DNA of 63,828 nucleotides, filler included, from Octopus bimaculoides (GCF_001194135.2; 3 parts of 2 records of this genome joined end to end with filler, not necessarily neighbours in it), one strand, 5' to 3'; positions 10,770 to 22,875 are shown, counted from the whole stretch's first letter. Notes: generated by a model from the sequence alone, not told the origin. Numbers and translations: made by a program.

Positions 10770-12862
10770 GAAATTTACAGAAAANNNNNNNNNNTGAGAG
10801 TGTATAAGTGTGTGCGTGTGGATAGGGGCTCGTGGATGTGTGCGTGTGTGGTCGTCTGTAATGTGTGGTTGTTTGGTTGATGGTGTGGGTGCTGGGAAGT
10901 GGTCAGTGCTAGTGTGCGCGGAGTGGTGTGGGCGTGTAGTGTTGTGCTGATGTGGTGTGTCGGTGTTGGGGTGTGGAGATGTGGGTTTGGGGTGATGATG
11001 TGGGGTAGGGTGAGGTATGTGGGATGTGTGGGGGTGGGGCAGGATGGAAGGGTATCAATGAAGGAAGAAGTTGAGTAGGAATGAAGAGAGGAAGTAGATG
11101 TCAGGTCAAGAGAGGAGAGGTGAGTTGGAGTGGAAGAAGGTGTCAGATAAAGAGAGGAGAGGATGGGAGTCAGATGGAATTGAGAGATTTCCAGTTACGT
11201 ATTATCGTACCAAGTGAATTCATTGTCATTCTTATGAAGGTCGCATAATGATGATGTTCACTCTACGTTGATATTGTCAGAACTGATGCAATGTACTCGC
11301 AAACGAATCTTCTAGAACACTAGATATTCTAGAAAAAGGCAATTTTTATTCAAAATATTTGAAACATTATACAATTGTGTTATATTAAATGTGTTGCAAA
11401 CTGTTGCATTATGAAACTCAACTGTTTTCATATAAAAATTTCCCTTTATTATTATGTAATCCTGATTGTTGCATTGAATTTATTACAAAAAACTTCATAA
11501 ATGATGGAAATTTCATTAACCAGCATTAACTCAATATATGTAAACTTGGACATTTGAATGTGTGTTTTTTACGGGTCACTATNNNNNNNNNNNNNNNNNN
11601 NNNNNNNNNNNNNNNNNNNNNNNNNNNNNNNNNNNNNNNNNNNNNNNNNNNNNNNNNNNNNNNNNNNNNNNNNNNNNNNNNNNNNNNNNNNNNNNNNNNN
11701 NNNNNNNNNNNNNNNNNNNNNNNNNNNNNNNNNNNNNNNNNNNNNNNNNNNNNNNNNNNNNNNNNNNNNNNNNNNNNNNNNNNNNNNNNNNNNNNNNNNN
11801 NNNNNNNNNNNNNNNNNNNNNNNNNNNNNNNNNNNNNNNNNNNNNNNNNNNNNNNNNNNNNNNNNNNNNNNNNNNNNNNNNNNNNNNNNNNNNNNNNNNN
11901 NNNNNNNNNNNNNNNNNNNNNNNNNNNNNNNNNNNNNNNNNNNNNNNNNNNNNNNNNNNNNNNNNNNNNNNNNNNNNNNNNNNNNNNNNNNNNNNNNNNN
12001 NNNNNNNNNNNNNNNNNNNNNNNNNNNNNNNNNNNNNNNNNNNNNNNNNNNNNNNNNNNNNNNNNNNNNNNCACATAAAAGTGGAAAAAATCTGGGCCAT
12101 TTACAATAAATCGATCAAGATAAGTTCCACTCAGAATGAGGATCCTCTTCAGGTCTTGTAACTTCAAAAAACGTATCCTAATATTTAAAAATGCAATAAA
12201 ATAAAATAGGAAAAAATAGAAGTATCGGTACGTTTAAGTAATTATTAGTACAATATCTAAACTGCCAAGGTTTTATAAAAATAATCATCTGTCAAGTTAA
12301 AGGCACAAATCGTCTAATGAAGAAATACTTACTGTAGATTAAGAATAGGAAAACATATAAAAAGATAGTGTTATTAACTATTAAATGAATTCGGACTTTC
12401 AACAGTATTAATAAAAAGAACACCATCACTTATCTTATCAAAGATTCTTTGTGGACTGTAGTATTACCCATGAAGCATAGAATTTATATGATATGTATCA
12501 CGTGACAAAATGGCGTTCATTCGTGACTACAAATACTAAACTTACCATGTAGAATTAAAATATGTAAAGCACGTGACAATATGGTGTTATAAGGAGAAGA
12601 GGGAAGAGAAATCTATTATATGAAAAAATGACGAAGTATGAATATAGACGGGGAACTAAACAATAGTATGCTATTAAGTGGAAGATAAATTAATAATAAA
12701 GTTTAAGTGATAGGAGCGAATAATGTAAATGTATCTAAGGTACGTAAGGTATACTATATTTTGAGGAAAGGTAATATTTCAGTGAACTTATAATACGTCT
12801 CTAAATAGTTTGTAGATTTTTATTCGAACTATGTATTAATCAAAAAACCTACACACTAGCTA

Positions 12863-12905
<43 letters not shown>

Positions 12906-12915
12906 NNNNNNNNNN

Positions 12916-13011
12916 CAATGGTTAAATAAATTTCATCATACTAACTCTCTCGTCATTTATAACGTTATAAATGACGAGAGAGTTAGTATGATGAAATTTA
13001 TTTAACCATTG
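12916..13011. repeat. Perfect 96-bp palindrome at a contig edge
   Basis: Two 48-bp arms with no loop, centre ataac|gttat. It begins at the first base after a 10-N gap. Confidence 0.9.
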
Positions 13012-13961
13012 GAAATTCTTATATCACAACAATTGTTTCTCCATTTAAAACATGCAAAGCTAATTTATTTTGTTATATTTTATAATAAGTATATTGCTTA
13101 TATGTTTGTGTTAATATAAACATTCTTTTAAATCAATACAGAGATTAATCTAGCTCAAGTGAGAAAAAATCCGTATTAAATAGTAATCTCTAGACGTAAG
13201 ATTTCAAGAACTCAAAGTCAATTTAAAAAGCACAACCTTGAGTTATAGAAGACAACAATAATAAAATTAATAGAAAAATTGCAAGACAATTTTCTGACAA
13301 AGGGAAGGGAATTTTAGTAATATAATTAAAAAGTAACTAGTAGATTTTATTGGTATAAGAAAAGTAAAGTGATATATTTATCAATAATAACATAGAAAAT
13401 GAAAACATATAAAAGATTAAAACAACCTGAAATTAAATAAAAGTTTTTAGAGACAGTGTTTACAAAATATAGAGATTGATATTAACAAGAGTAATATTAA
13501 CTTAAAAAATTAGAATTTGAATATATAAGTAAATATTTAAAGAAAAGATTCTTCAAAAGTATGGTAGACAATAAGAATAAAATTAATAGACATTAATAAG
13601 ACGGTTTTCTAAGAGGAGAAGGGAAATTCATTAAGCTATTAGAAAATAATTAGTAGATAGTTTTGGTATAAGAAAAGTAAAATCCTATATATAGAAAATA
13701 AAAGATCTTAAAGAAAGAAAAAATATAGAGGGTCAAATATTGTTTAAAACACATAGTTATTACAATACAGCTAGATACACTAAACATATTTTTATACAAA
13801 AATAACACATAAACATTGTTAGTATCTAAATAAGTTCAAATTTGAATTATTATATTCAAGGTGGTGCCATTGACTACATAAATAATTAAATATTAGCAGG
13901 GGTACAAATAATTATTGGTAAAAAGTAAAATAATAATAAAAATAAGGCAATTGGAAGATAA

Positions 13962-14050
<89 letters not shown>

Positions 14051-14126
14051 CACACATACACAAAGATACACAATTATAGATCTATATAGAGACTCATATA
14101 TACATACATACTTATACGCATAAATC

Positions 14127-14158
<32 letters not shown>

Positions 14159-14159
14159 A

Positions 14160-14535
14160 ATTTTTTATTACTGGAGAAAGCCTGTTTATAGCCGCCAGAA
14201 CCCAACATCCGTAGAAGGAAACGCCGCAGAAATACAATTTGGTTTGTACCTCCTTCTTCCTTAACCCTATAACGCTCATAGGTAGACTTTTCCTTAAGTT
14301 AATAGACAAACACTTTACAAACTCCCAGAGGTACGCTCTCATTTCAACAGGCACAACGTTAGGGTCTTGTTTAGCTATGCCCCTAGCATTAAGGCTATCG
14401 TAGTTAGCGCTCCTAAACAATGGGAAGGGGCAGTTATTCATGCAGGATGCGGAACAGTTGCCCAGTGGAAGGCCGCTGCGAGACCAAAGGCGTCGTCTAT
14501 CAAGCCGGGGTACGGGCGAACCCCCGCCAATTCCA
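14160..14535 (+). mobile_element. Penelope-like element fragment
   Basis: HFNRHNVRVLFSYAPSIKAIV and SCRMRNSCPVEGRCETKGVVYQAGV, the Cys motif preceding GIY-YIG in PLEs. Confidence 0.75.
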
Positions 14536-14563
14536 CCGACAGAAACCAGACATACAAACATAT

Positions 14564-14627
<64 letters not shown>

Positions 14628-15040
14628 ATATATATATGACAGGCTTCTTTCAGTTTCCGTCTACCAAATCTACCATAGCAGCCGTAGACACGAAGGCAGA
14701 GCCAGCAACAGGGCCAACTTCACCGCCACCCCACCACAACCATCACCACCACCTCAGCAAACAGCCTTACCGCCATCAACAACTGCAACACCAACAGTGC
14801 CCTCTACATCCCTGACGACACCGCCACTATCACTAACACCGACCACAGTGATGTCGCCTCCAATACCAACTTTACAAATAGTAGACAGGACAACATACCC
14901 ACTGATAGCTCTCGTTCCAGCAGTGACAGACCAAACTATATCGGCCGCAACACCAACAGCTGGTAGTGGGGAGGGGTAATTTTTGCTGTTCAGTCCCCTC
15001 ATCTAACTGGTCAATTAATAAGACGGTTTTCTAAGAGAAA

Positions 15041-17067
15041 TTAATTGAGAAAGAAAGCAAATGATGCTGGATAACATGCCCATCAGGTATACGATAAGGA
15101 AGAAAGAAAAGTCGATAGATATGACAGGTTAGCTTGGGAGGTTAAGCAGTCATGGTCGATGAAAAAGGTGGTAGTAGTACCAATAAACTGTCTTGGCCTA
15201 GCAGCTACGGTTGGACAACCACTAACCGGTCAAATGAATTAAGCATGAGTATATAAAACAATAAATCATAGACAAAGCCAGACATACAAATATTTGGTAT
15301 TGCATCGAATTTTGAGCGATTGCTTGGAACTGAGAGCATATGGAAGAAGTTCAGGGACAATAGAAATCAGGAGAGGGAACTTCCTGTCCCCACTGATCTT
15401 TGTACTGTGCTTGATACCACTAACACTGATTCTGAGGAAAGCAAAGGCTGGGTATGTATTCAAAAGCCGCCAAAAAAAAATCAGCTATTCATGGATGACC
15501 TCAAACTTTATGTAAAGATGAAGCTCAGTCAGTTCCCTCGTTGATACGGTGTACACTTTCAGTACTGATATCAGAATGGAGTTCGGACTGAAGAAGTGTG
15601 GTGTGTTAGTCTTGAAGAGAAGGAAAATTAAATGTATGGAGAGGCTAGCGATAGTGTCGGGGGAGGTTAGGAAGTAGATAGAAGAGACGGGTTATAGGTA
15701 CTTGAGGATATTGGAAATAGATAAATTCACGGAGAAAGAAATGACAGAAAAAATTTAAGGTGGAGTACTTGCGCAGACTGAGGGCGGTTTCACTACTTAG
15801 ATATGGAGCAGTAGACGAACTAAACAGTTTAGATAGGAAAACAAGGAAGTTGCTAACTAGATATGGGACACTACACCCAAAAAGTGACACAGGCAGACTG
15901 TATGTACCAAGAAGAAGCGGGGGAAGAGAACTGATTGGATGCGAACTCAGCGTTAGAGCAGAAGAAAACAACATAGCATGGTATGCCACAGATCCGCTAT
16001 TATTGGAAATAAGAAGGTCAGGCTTGTGTAGGATGGAAGATTGCAAAGATCAAGCACTCTACAAGAAGTTCAGAATGAATGAAAGTGAAAATAGGTGGAT
16101 AAAGAAAAGAATGCATGGACAATTTCATAGGGATGTTGAAGATAAGACAGACAGAGAAACAAGATGGTTTTGGATGACTAAAAGTGATTTAAAACCGGAA
16201 ACGGAGGCTCTAATCTAAGAACGAATTACATCAATTACAGAATAGACAACACATCAGAAAGTGATAAGTGTAGAGTTTGTGGAAACAATGGTTAAGCAGT
16301 ATGGCATATTACCAGTCAATGTACGCCTCTATCCCAAAAAGAATATAAGAGACGCCATGACAATATAGCAAGGATTGTCCAATGGGCACTTTGCAACAAA
16401 TATGGACTTGATAGAGCAAAAAATTGGTATGAATACAAACCCGGAGGTATCATCGAAAATGATAACGCAAAGATCCTATGGGATTTTATGATTCAGCGCG
16501 ACCATGAGATAGAGATTAGGAAACCAGACATAGTGTTAATTGAGAAAGAAAGCAAACGATGCTGGATCATAGACATAACATGCCCAGCAGATATATGATA
16601 AGGAAGAAAGAAAAGTTGATAGATATGACAGGTTAGCTTGGGAGGTTAAGCAGTCGTGGTCTATGAAAAAGGTGGTAGTAGTACCAATAATTGTCGGATC
16701 CTTGAGAACAGTGAGTAAAAATCTCGAGAAGTACATGGAACAAATAGGGGCTGCAATAAGGGTGGAGCACTTGCAGAAAACAGCACTGCAATACTCCGGT
16801 TGGTGCTCGAAAAATAAGGGGTGTTACCTTAGTTCACTGGTAGTGAACAGCTGAAACCGTTGTACATCTCCAGTGTTAGAAGGTGTGCAAAGACAATAAT
16901 AATAATAAAGGGAATTGGAGTAAAGTACCCAGTAGAACACGGCCAGACTAATCAGGAAAGTATTAGATAACTGAAAATAACGGATAGCATGGTACCGAAG
17001 GCTGCAGGTCGCAAGCCCGCTACGTATGTAAGACTTCAGGAGTTCCAACAAAACCTAGGATAAAGAG
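15041..17067 (+). mobile_element. R4/Dong-like non-LTR retrotransposon, 5'-truncated (RT end, CCHC, REL endonuclease)
   Basis: IEIRRG..LSPLIFVLCLIPL, FMDDLKLY, LDRKTRKLL..GRLYVPRRSGGR, CRVC..HI.SQC, RRHDNIA, KPDIVLIE..WIIDITCP, VVVPIIVGSLRTV. Multiple stops and frameshifts. Confidence 0.9.
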
Positions 17068-17088
17068 AAATAATAATAATAATAATAA

Positions 17089-17302
17089 TCCTTTCTACTA
17101 TAGGCACAAGGCTTGGATTTTTGTGAGGAGGGGGATAAACAATCACATCGACCCCAGTACTTGACCGGTACTTAATTTATCGACCCCGAAATGATGAAAG
17201 GCAAAGTTGACCTCGGCGGAATTTGGACACAGAACCTAGCGACAGACGAAATACCGCTGAGCATTTCGCCCGGCGTGCTAACGATTCTGCCAGCTCGCCG
17301 CG
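17089..17302 (-). mobile_element. SINE family B (tRNA-derived head, (ATT)n tail)
   Basis: gcgagctggcagaatcgttagcacgccgggcgaaatgctcagcggtatttcgtc..ctttgcctttcatcatttcggggtcgataaattaagtacc; homologous to 21218-21428 and 30731-30945. Confidence 0.9.
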
Positions 17303-17668
17303 GCTTGCAATTTCGGGGGAGGGAATACGTCGATGACATATAGAGCCTAAAGAAATACACAAGGCATCTTTTTTTCGCTTTAACTATTTACTGAAGATTT
17401 CTAACCAAGCCACACACTTGTGAAAATTTGAAACTTATTACTTCAAGCTGTCGAAACAATACACTCATCATTGAAGCATTGCCCCAGATTCTTCGTGTAA
17501 CTTTAATCACTCATGTTCCTAATCTTCTCTCAACCTTTTTTAAAGCTCCAGTCAACGCCAAGTTTGTATCCTATTTATGAAGGTGATGAAATAAAATTAA
17601 AAGGAAGGTAAAAAGAAAGAAAAGAGAAAAATGGCCAATAAAATTATAACATTAGAAAAGTTACTAAC

Positions 17669-17803
17669 ATCCGAGATCACCCCATCCAGCAGCGATACAT
17701 CGTGCGTGGTCAAAGGTTTCTCCTGCTTGGGCCAGAGGAGCAAACTGGACGCAGCTGTCAGGTTTGATTGATTTGGTCAGTCTCAGTATGGCGATATCAT
17801 TCT
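17669..17803 (-). CDS. S1A serine protease exon carrying catalytic Asp102
   Basis: Acceptor ttattgccttacAG, donor GTTAGT; 135 bp, phase 1-1: NDIAILRLTKSIKPDSCVQFAPLAQAGETFDHARCIAAGWGDLG. Splices in frame (T|GG = Trp) to 10695. Confidence 0.93.
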
Positions 17804-18374
17804 CTGTAAGGCAATAAAAGATTCAGGAGAAGAAAGGAAAGAGATAAGTTATTTAAATATTTGATCGATAATAATAATAATAATAATAATAATAATCTTG
17901 GTATAAAAGATGGGCTACAGCAAATATTCTGCTTAATACCACAGATTTACTTGTCAGTTGTTTGATCTTAACCAGTTNNNNNNNNNNNNNNNNNNNNNNN
18001 NNNNNNNNNNNNNNNNNNNNNNNNNNNNNNNNNNNNNNNNNNNNNNNNNNNNNNNNNNNNNNNNNNNNNNNNNNAGGAATTCTTTGGGGTTTGGATAATT
18101 CACCTTTGGAAACATGGGTGTTTTGCTCAACATCCTTAAACAAACCTTATTCAGGGACCTTTTGAGCAGGATGGGCTACTCGATCTGAAGAAAATTCTAA
18201 CTGGGCCCCACCTGCGAGGTCATGTGCTGTTTATCTTGATATGAGATCACCATGTTGCACACATATGGTTGTGATGCATGTGCCTAGTGTACCCTTATCA
18301 GACGGGTAGTCATGATGGGTATACTGGGCTTTGTATATTTTACCCCGGTGTCACTAAAAATAATAATAATAATA

Positions 18375-18406
<32 letters not shown>

Positions 18407-18479
18407 TTCTACTATAGGCACAAGGCCTGGATTTTGTCGGGAGTGGGGCAGTCAATCACATCGATTCAGTACTAAACAA

Positions 18480-21176
18480 TGTTGTTTTAAGTGAAGATTT
18501 CGAGCAAAGCCTAAAAAGTAGGAATCTAATGAGAGTAAGACTCTGAAAACCACTTGCCCGAGAAAATCCATCACACTAGAGATTAAGTCGGTCATAAAAT
18601 TATCTAGAGTAAAACTTGGAGTTTCTGCCCAAACACTAAGAATGTCGACAAGAATAAACTAGCTCAAGGGCTATTTCAGTTTGTCCGCCGTCACAAGCTG
18701 AAGGAATCTTTTTTTTTTTGAAAAAACTGGTGACGAGGATTCAGAAAACCCTAAGCTTACTGAAAATAAAAATGATGATCGAATCTGGCATGATTGGATT
18801 GAAAGAAATCCTAATTGGTATACAGATAAAGTTCGGGATGGACGTTCACAAACACTACTGGAATTTCTTAAATCTTGTCAGACAGGCATTAGGGAAAGCC
18901 TTAAATTAAGTAGAAAGAAGTCCTGGAATAACATCACAAATTCCCAACGTTATGCACTCCGACGTCTAGCTAATAACGATTCTATTGTTATTAAAATGGC
19001 GCTATCGTAATTATGGACAAAAGTGAGTATATTTCGGCGTGTGAAGAAGTTTTAAATGACAAAACTTCATATAAAAAATTACCTGTCGATCCAAACCTCA
19101 ATTACAAAAAGGAACTTGACAAAATAATTCTGAAAATGGAGGAAAACAATTTCATTAATAAGGCCGAATCCAGGATTTTACGGTCAGAAAGAGCACCTGT
19201 ATTTTATGGTCTCCTGAAAAGAAAACAAAATGTTCGAAAGATATCCTCCAATGCACCCAATTTGCAGCGGATATGAATGTTGTACAGCCAAGATTTCGGA
19301 ACGGCTGGATGGGTTTCTACTCCTTTTTTTCAAAAAAATCAAGTTCCTATATTCGAGACATTTTTGATTTTGTGTCTAAAATCAACAATTTTTTAAAGCA
19401 CCGAAGCCATATTGAAAACTGTCTTTTGGTAATCTTGGATGTTTCTTCCTTATATCCCAATATTAACCACGATGAAGGGGTAGAAGCATGTATGGATGCC
19501 TTCGAAAAGCGGCCAAACAAAAGTATTCAATCAAATTTTCTCTGTAGGTTATTGAGGCTTGTGTTACAAAGTAACACAATGAAATTTGAACAAAAGTTTT
19601 ATCACCAGATGAGGGGTTGCGCCATAGGTACCCCCATGGCAGTTAATTTCGCTAGTGTTTTCATGACGAAATTCGAGACACATTACTGAAGACATTCAAA
19701 TCCCTATATGGTCATGAACCAATACTCTGGTTACGGTTCATTGATGACGTCTTTTTTTGTCTGGTAAGGGTCACAGGATAGTTTAATTGAATTCTTGCAT
19801 TTCTGTGACTGTTATGCTAACGTCTATGGCTTTAAATCCAACACTTACGTCTAGTTTTTCAAAAACTAGCGTTGAATTTTTGGACACAAAAGTTAAGTTT
19901 TATGGAGGCAGAATAGTGCCTGAGTTATTTTGCAAGCCCACGTCATCTCACATTTACCTCCACTGCCACTCCGATCATCCACATCATATAATTCGGTCAA
20001 ATCCGAAATCCCAATTTTCGAGGATGAAACGGATTTGTACTGACATAAGGGGTTACTGGAAACATGCAAATACTTTTGTACACCATTATGCCAAACGCGG
20101 TTACAGTGAATCACGATTAAAGGAAATAGAAAATGAGATAGCTAAGATTAGTAAAAAAAGTTAAACCTTCACGCATAATTTTAGCAAACACAACCCACAC
20201 AATATGTGACAGAATTCCTTTAGTGATTAACTGGCACCAAAATTTTGCTGGTATTTCAAAAGTGCTGCATGAAAGTTACCAGTATGTTGCAAGAAAGTAT
20301 CCTCGTTTCAAACAGATATTTCCTCGGCTGCCTATTGTAGCCTTTAGATGGAATAAAAATATAGATCTAATGACCTCTATTTCTGACTCCAAGAAAACTA
20401 ACATTGGAGTATCTGCACGCTGTACCTTGAAAAACATCTGCAAGAGAGGTAAGCCCTGTTCATTGTGCAACAACATGAGTCAAGTGAATTCCACCAGGAA
20501 TCATAACAAAAATGTTATGATTTATACAGAAGGTGCACGCGGCAGAATGCTCGAAACACAACTTGATTTATGTTGGTTGTACAACAGAACAATTAAACAA
20601 AAGATTTAATAGGCACAGATTGGACGCCAGGCACAGTAAAAGTAGTTCGACAGAACTTGCCGAACATTTTGTTTCAAACGGCTGTAATTTTGAAAAAGAC
20701 TTAAAAGTGCATATTCTCAGAAAATGTTATGAATCTACTTCCCTTTCAATACTTAAAATGCATAAGGAGAAATATGTTTGCGGGTTATTAACATCACGCT
20801 GTGGGGGAATGAATAAAATGACAGGAGAATATCATCAAATTTACACAAAACTGTTTGATTGAATATTCTTCTTTTTCCTTTCTTTTTTTTTCTCGATTTT
20901 TTTCCTGTCTTTTTTCTTTTTGCTTGTTATAAAACTGAAACTTAAAAACTGATGATGTCATTCCATCAACGTATAGATGTTGGTTGCTCTCGTTCATAAT
21001 TTAGATTTGAATTTCTATAATTTTGGATTTTTATCACTTTTTACTTTGAATTCGACAAAGACAGGGTTGCTGTTGAAATATCGTTCAACCAATAGAATAT
21101 CTACTGCAATCGCATTATGCTCTTCGTCTCGTCTGTTTACCTTTGTGAAGAGTTACGTCAATCCTTTTAAAATGTA

Positions 21177-21180
<4 letters not shown>
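18480..21180 (+). mobile_element. Penelope-like element, near full length, degenerate (RT plus GIY-YIG)
   Basis: VILDVSSLYPNI, QMRGCAIGTPMAVNFASVFM, LWLRFIDDVF, VEFLDTKV, PKSQFSRMKRICT, CSKHNLIYVGCTTEQLNKRFNRHR. Confidence 0.92.
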
Positions 21181-21217
<37 letters not shown>

Positions 21218-21428
21218 CCGTTATATTATAGGCACAAGGCCTGAAATTTTGGGGGAGGAGACTAGTCGATTATATCGACCCCAGTGTTTCACTGGTACTT
21301 AATTTATCGACCCCGAAAGAATGAAAGGCAAAGTTGACCTCGGTGGCATTTGAACTCGGAACGTAAAGACAGACGAAATACCGCTAAGCATTTTGCCCGG
21401 CGTGCTAACAATTCTGTAAGCTCGCCAT
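21218..21428 (-). mobile_element. SINE family B
   Basis: Homologous to 17089-17302; (TAA)n at 21177-21217. Confidence 0.9.
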
Positions 21429-21438
21429 AATAATAATA

Positions 21439-21538
21439 NNNNNNNNNNNNNNNNNNNNNNNNNNNNNNNNNNNNNNNNNNNNTTAATTAATTAANNNNNN
21501 NNNNNNNNNNNNNNNNNNNNNNNNNNNNNNNNNNNNNN
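21439..21538. other. Artificial scaffold-join spacer
   Basis: Exactly N44 + TTAATTAATTAA (stops in all six frames) + N44 = 100 bp; repeated identically at 40179-40278. Confidence 0.92.
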
Positions 21539-21741
21539 ATACATGTGGAATTCCAGCAGCTCTTACTTCTTTGGAGTAGAGTGCACATATATTTTGAAAC
21601 ATAGGTAGGAATTAAAGGAACTTTTATTTATATGCGTTTTGCTCCATTTATTGTTATTATATATATATATATAAACAGAACATACAGAAATATTGATCAA
21701 CCTATATATATATATATATATATATATATTTACATACATAG

Positions 21742-21897
21742 CAGGACTCTTTCAGTTTCCATCTATCATACTACTCATAAGGCATTGATCAGCCTGGGGC
21801 TATAGTAGCAGACACTCACACAAAGTGCCACACAATGGGAACAAAACTGAAATCATGTGGTTGGGAAGCAAACTTCTTACCACATAGCCATGCCTGT
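21742..21897 (-). mobile_element. SINE family A, 5' half, diverged
   Basis: Reverse-complement match to 5481-5631. Confidence 0.8.
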
Positions 21898-22051
21898 GGC
21901 TCTATACATGTTTTGTGTGAATGAAACATGTGAAAAAAACAAAAACAAACACAGACAGATGTACAGACAGACAAAGAAAGGTCTAGTTAAGACAGACATT
22001 GTCAATAACTGACTTAATAATATATTAAGGTGAGGAGGTTTAAATATTTAC

Positions 22052-22319
22052 CATTGTTCTGTAAATAACGGAGTGCATCGTCATAACCCTGTTTGCAGAT
22101 ATCACTGAGTTTCTGAGCATTAGGTGGGAACAGCGCTATGGATATACGTGAGAGATTCTCCGATGTGAACTGCAGGCTGCTGTTACATACATTCAAATGG
22201 ATGAAGTTTGCAGAATTGTCAATTGGGCAGATGTCAATTTCTCCAGAGAATGGTGACACTGTGATTGTGGGCTCATCAAAGATTGGTTGATTATCAGACA
22301 GACCTCCGTCCCAGTAGTA
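22052..22319 (-). CDS. PNPLA2: ATGL/PNPLA2-like lipase coding exon 4 (catalytic Asp, DGG)
   Basis: Acceptor tttctctttgacAG, donor G|GTaaat; 268 bp, phase 0 to 1: YYWDGGLSDNQPIFDEPTITVSPFSGEIDICPIDNSANFIHLNVCNSSLQFTSENLSRISIALFPPNAQKLSDICKQGYDDALRYLQNN. Confidence 0.96.
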
Positions 22320-22704
22320 CTGTCAAAGAGAAATCCGGGAACCGTTGTGATATCCAACGCAAACCCATTAACACAAAATGATATATTACACCTCACCTCC
22401 CACATGCTAGCACTGACCACTTCCCAGCACCCACACCACACACCATCATCTACACACAATCTTCAATAGCATCACCGCACATACCACTATATGAGCAGCC
22501 TCATGTTACAGACGCACACACTTACGCATGCACACACTTGTAAATGTCAGAGTCATTAGCCCCTATTCACACACACACGTACACGTTCACACAAACCATT
22601 CTCACATACACTCAAACACACATGCACCTTCATTTGGGATCACCATCACCTTATTATCTCCCTTTCTTTCAACTTCTTCTTTCAAACTTTTTTTCTAATC
22701 ATTC

Positions 22705-22875
22705 GCCATGCTTGACTGCTAAATCTACAAGTTTGTTTTCATTCTCTCCCTGTTTATTTTCTCTTATTCCTTTCTGCTGAAGAGCATAAGCCTGAAACAT
22801 AAAAGACGTTTTCATTTTCCTGAGCATCAAACTAACACACCTGCTTGTTGTTCATATACCTGTCTTCGTCTTGAA
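22705..22875 (+). mobile_element. About 180-bp pLTR-like repeat with hammerhead motif, copy 2
   Basis: CTGCTGA-A-GAGC-ATAA-GCCT-GAAA-CAT-A-AAAGA at 22774-22806; flanks match 5636-5815. Confidence 0.6.

Noticed and set aside
11248-11286. ATGATGA..CTGA box C/D-like pair in an intron
   Set aside because: The boxes are only about 28 nt apart, too short for a C/D snoRNA, and there is no terminal stem.
14690-14979. Pro/Thr-rich mucin-like frame
   Set aside because: Low complexity, embedded among TE fragments, reached only through a microsatellite, no splice support.
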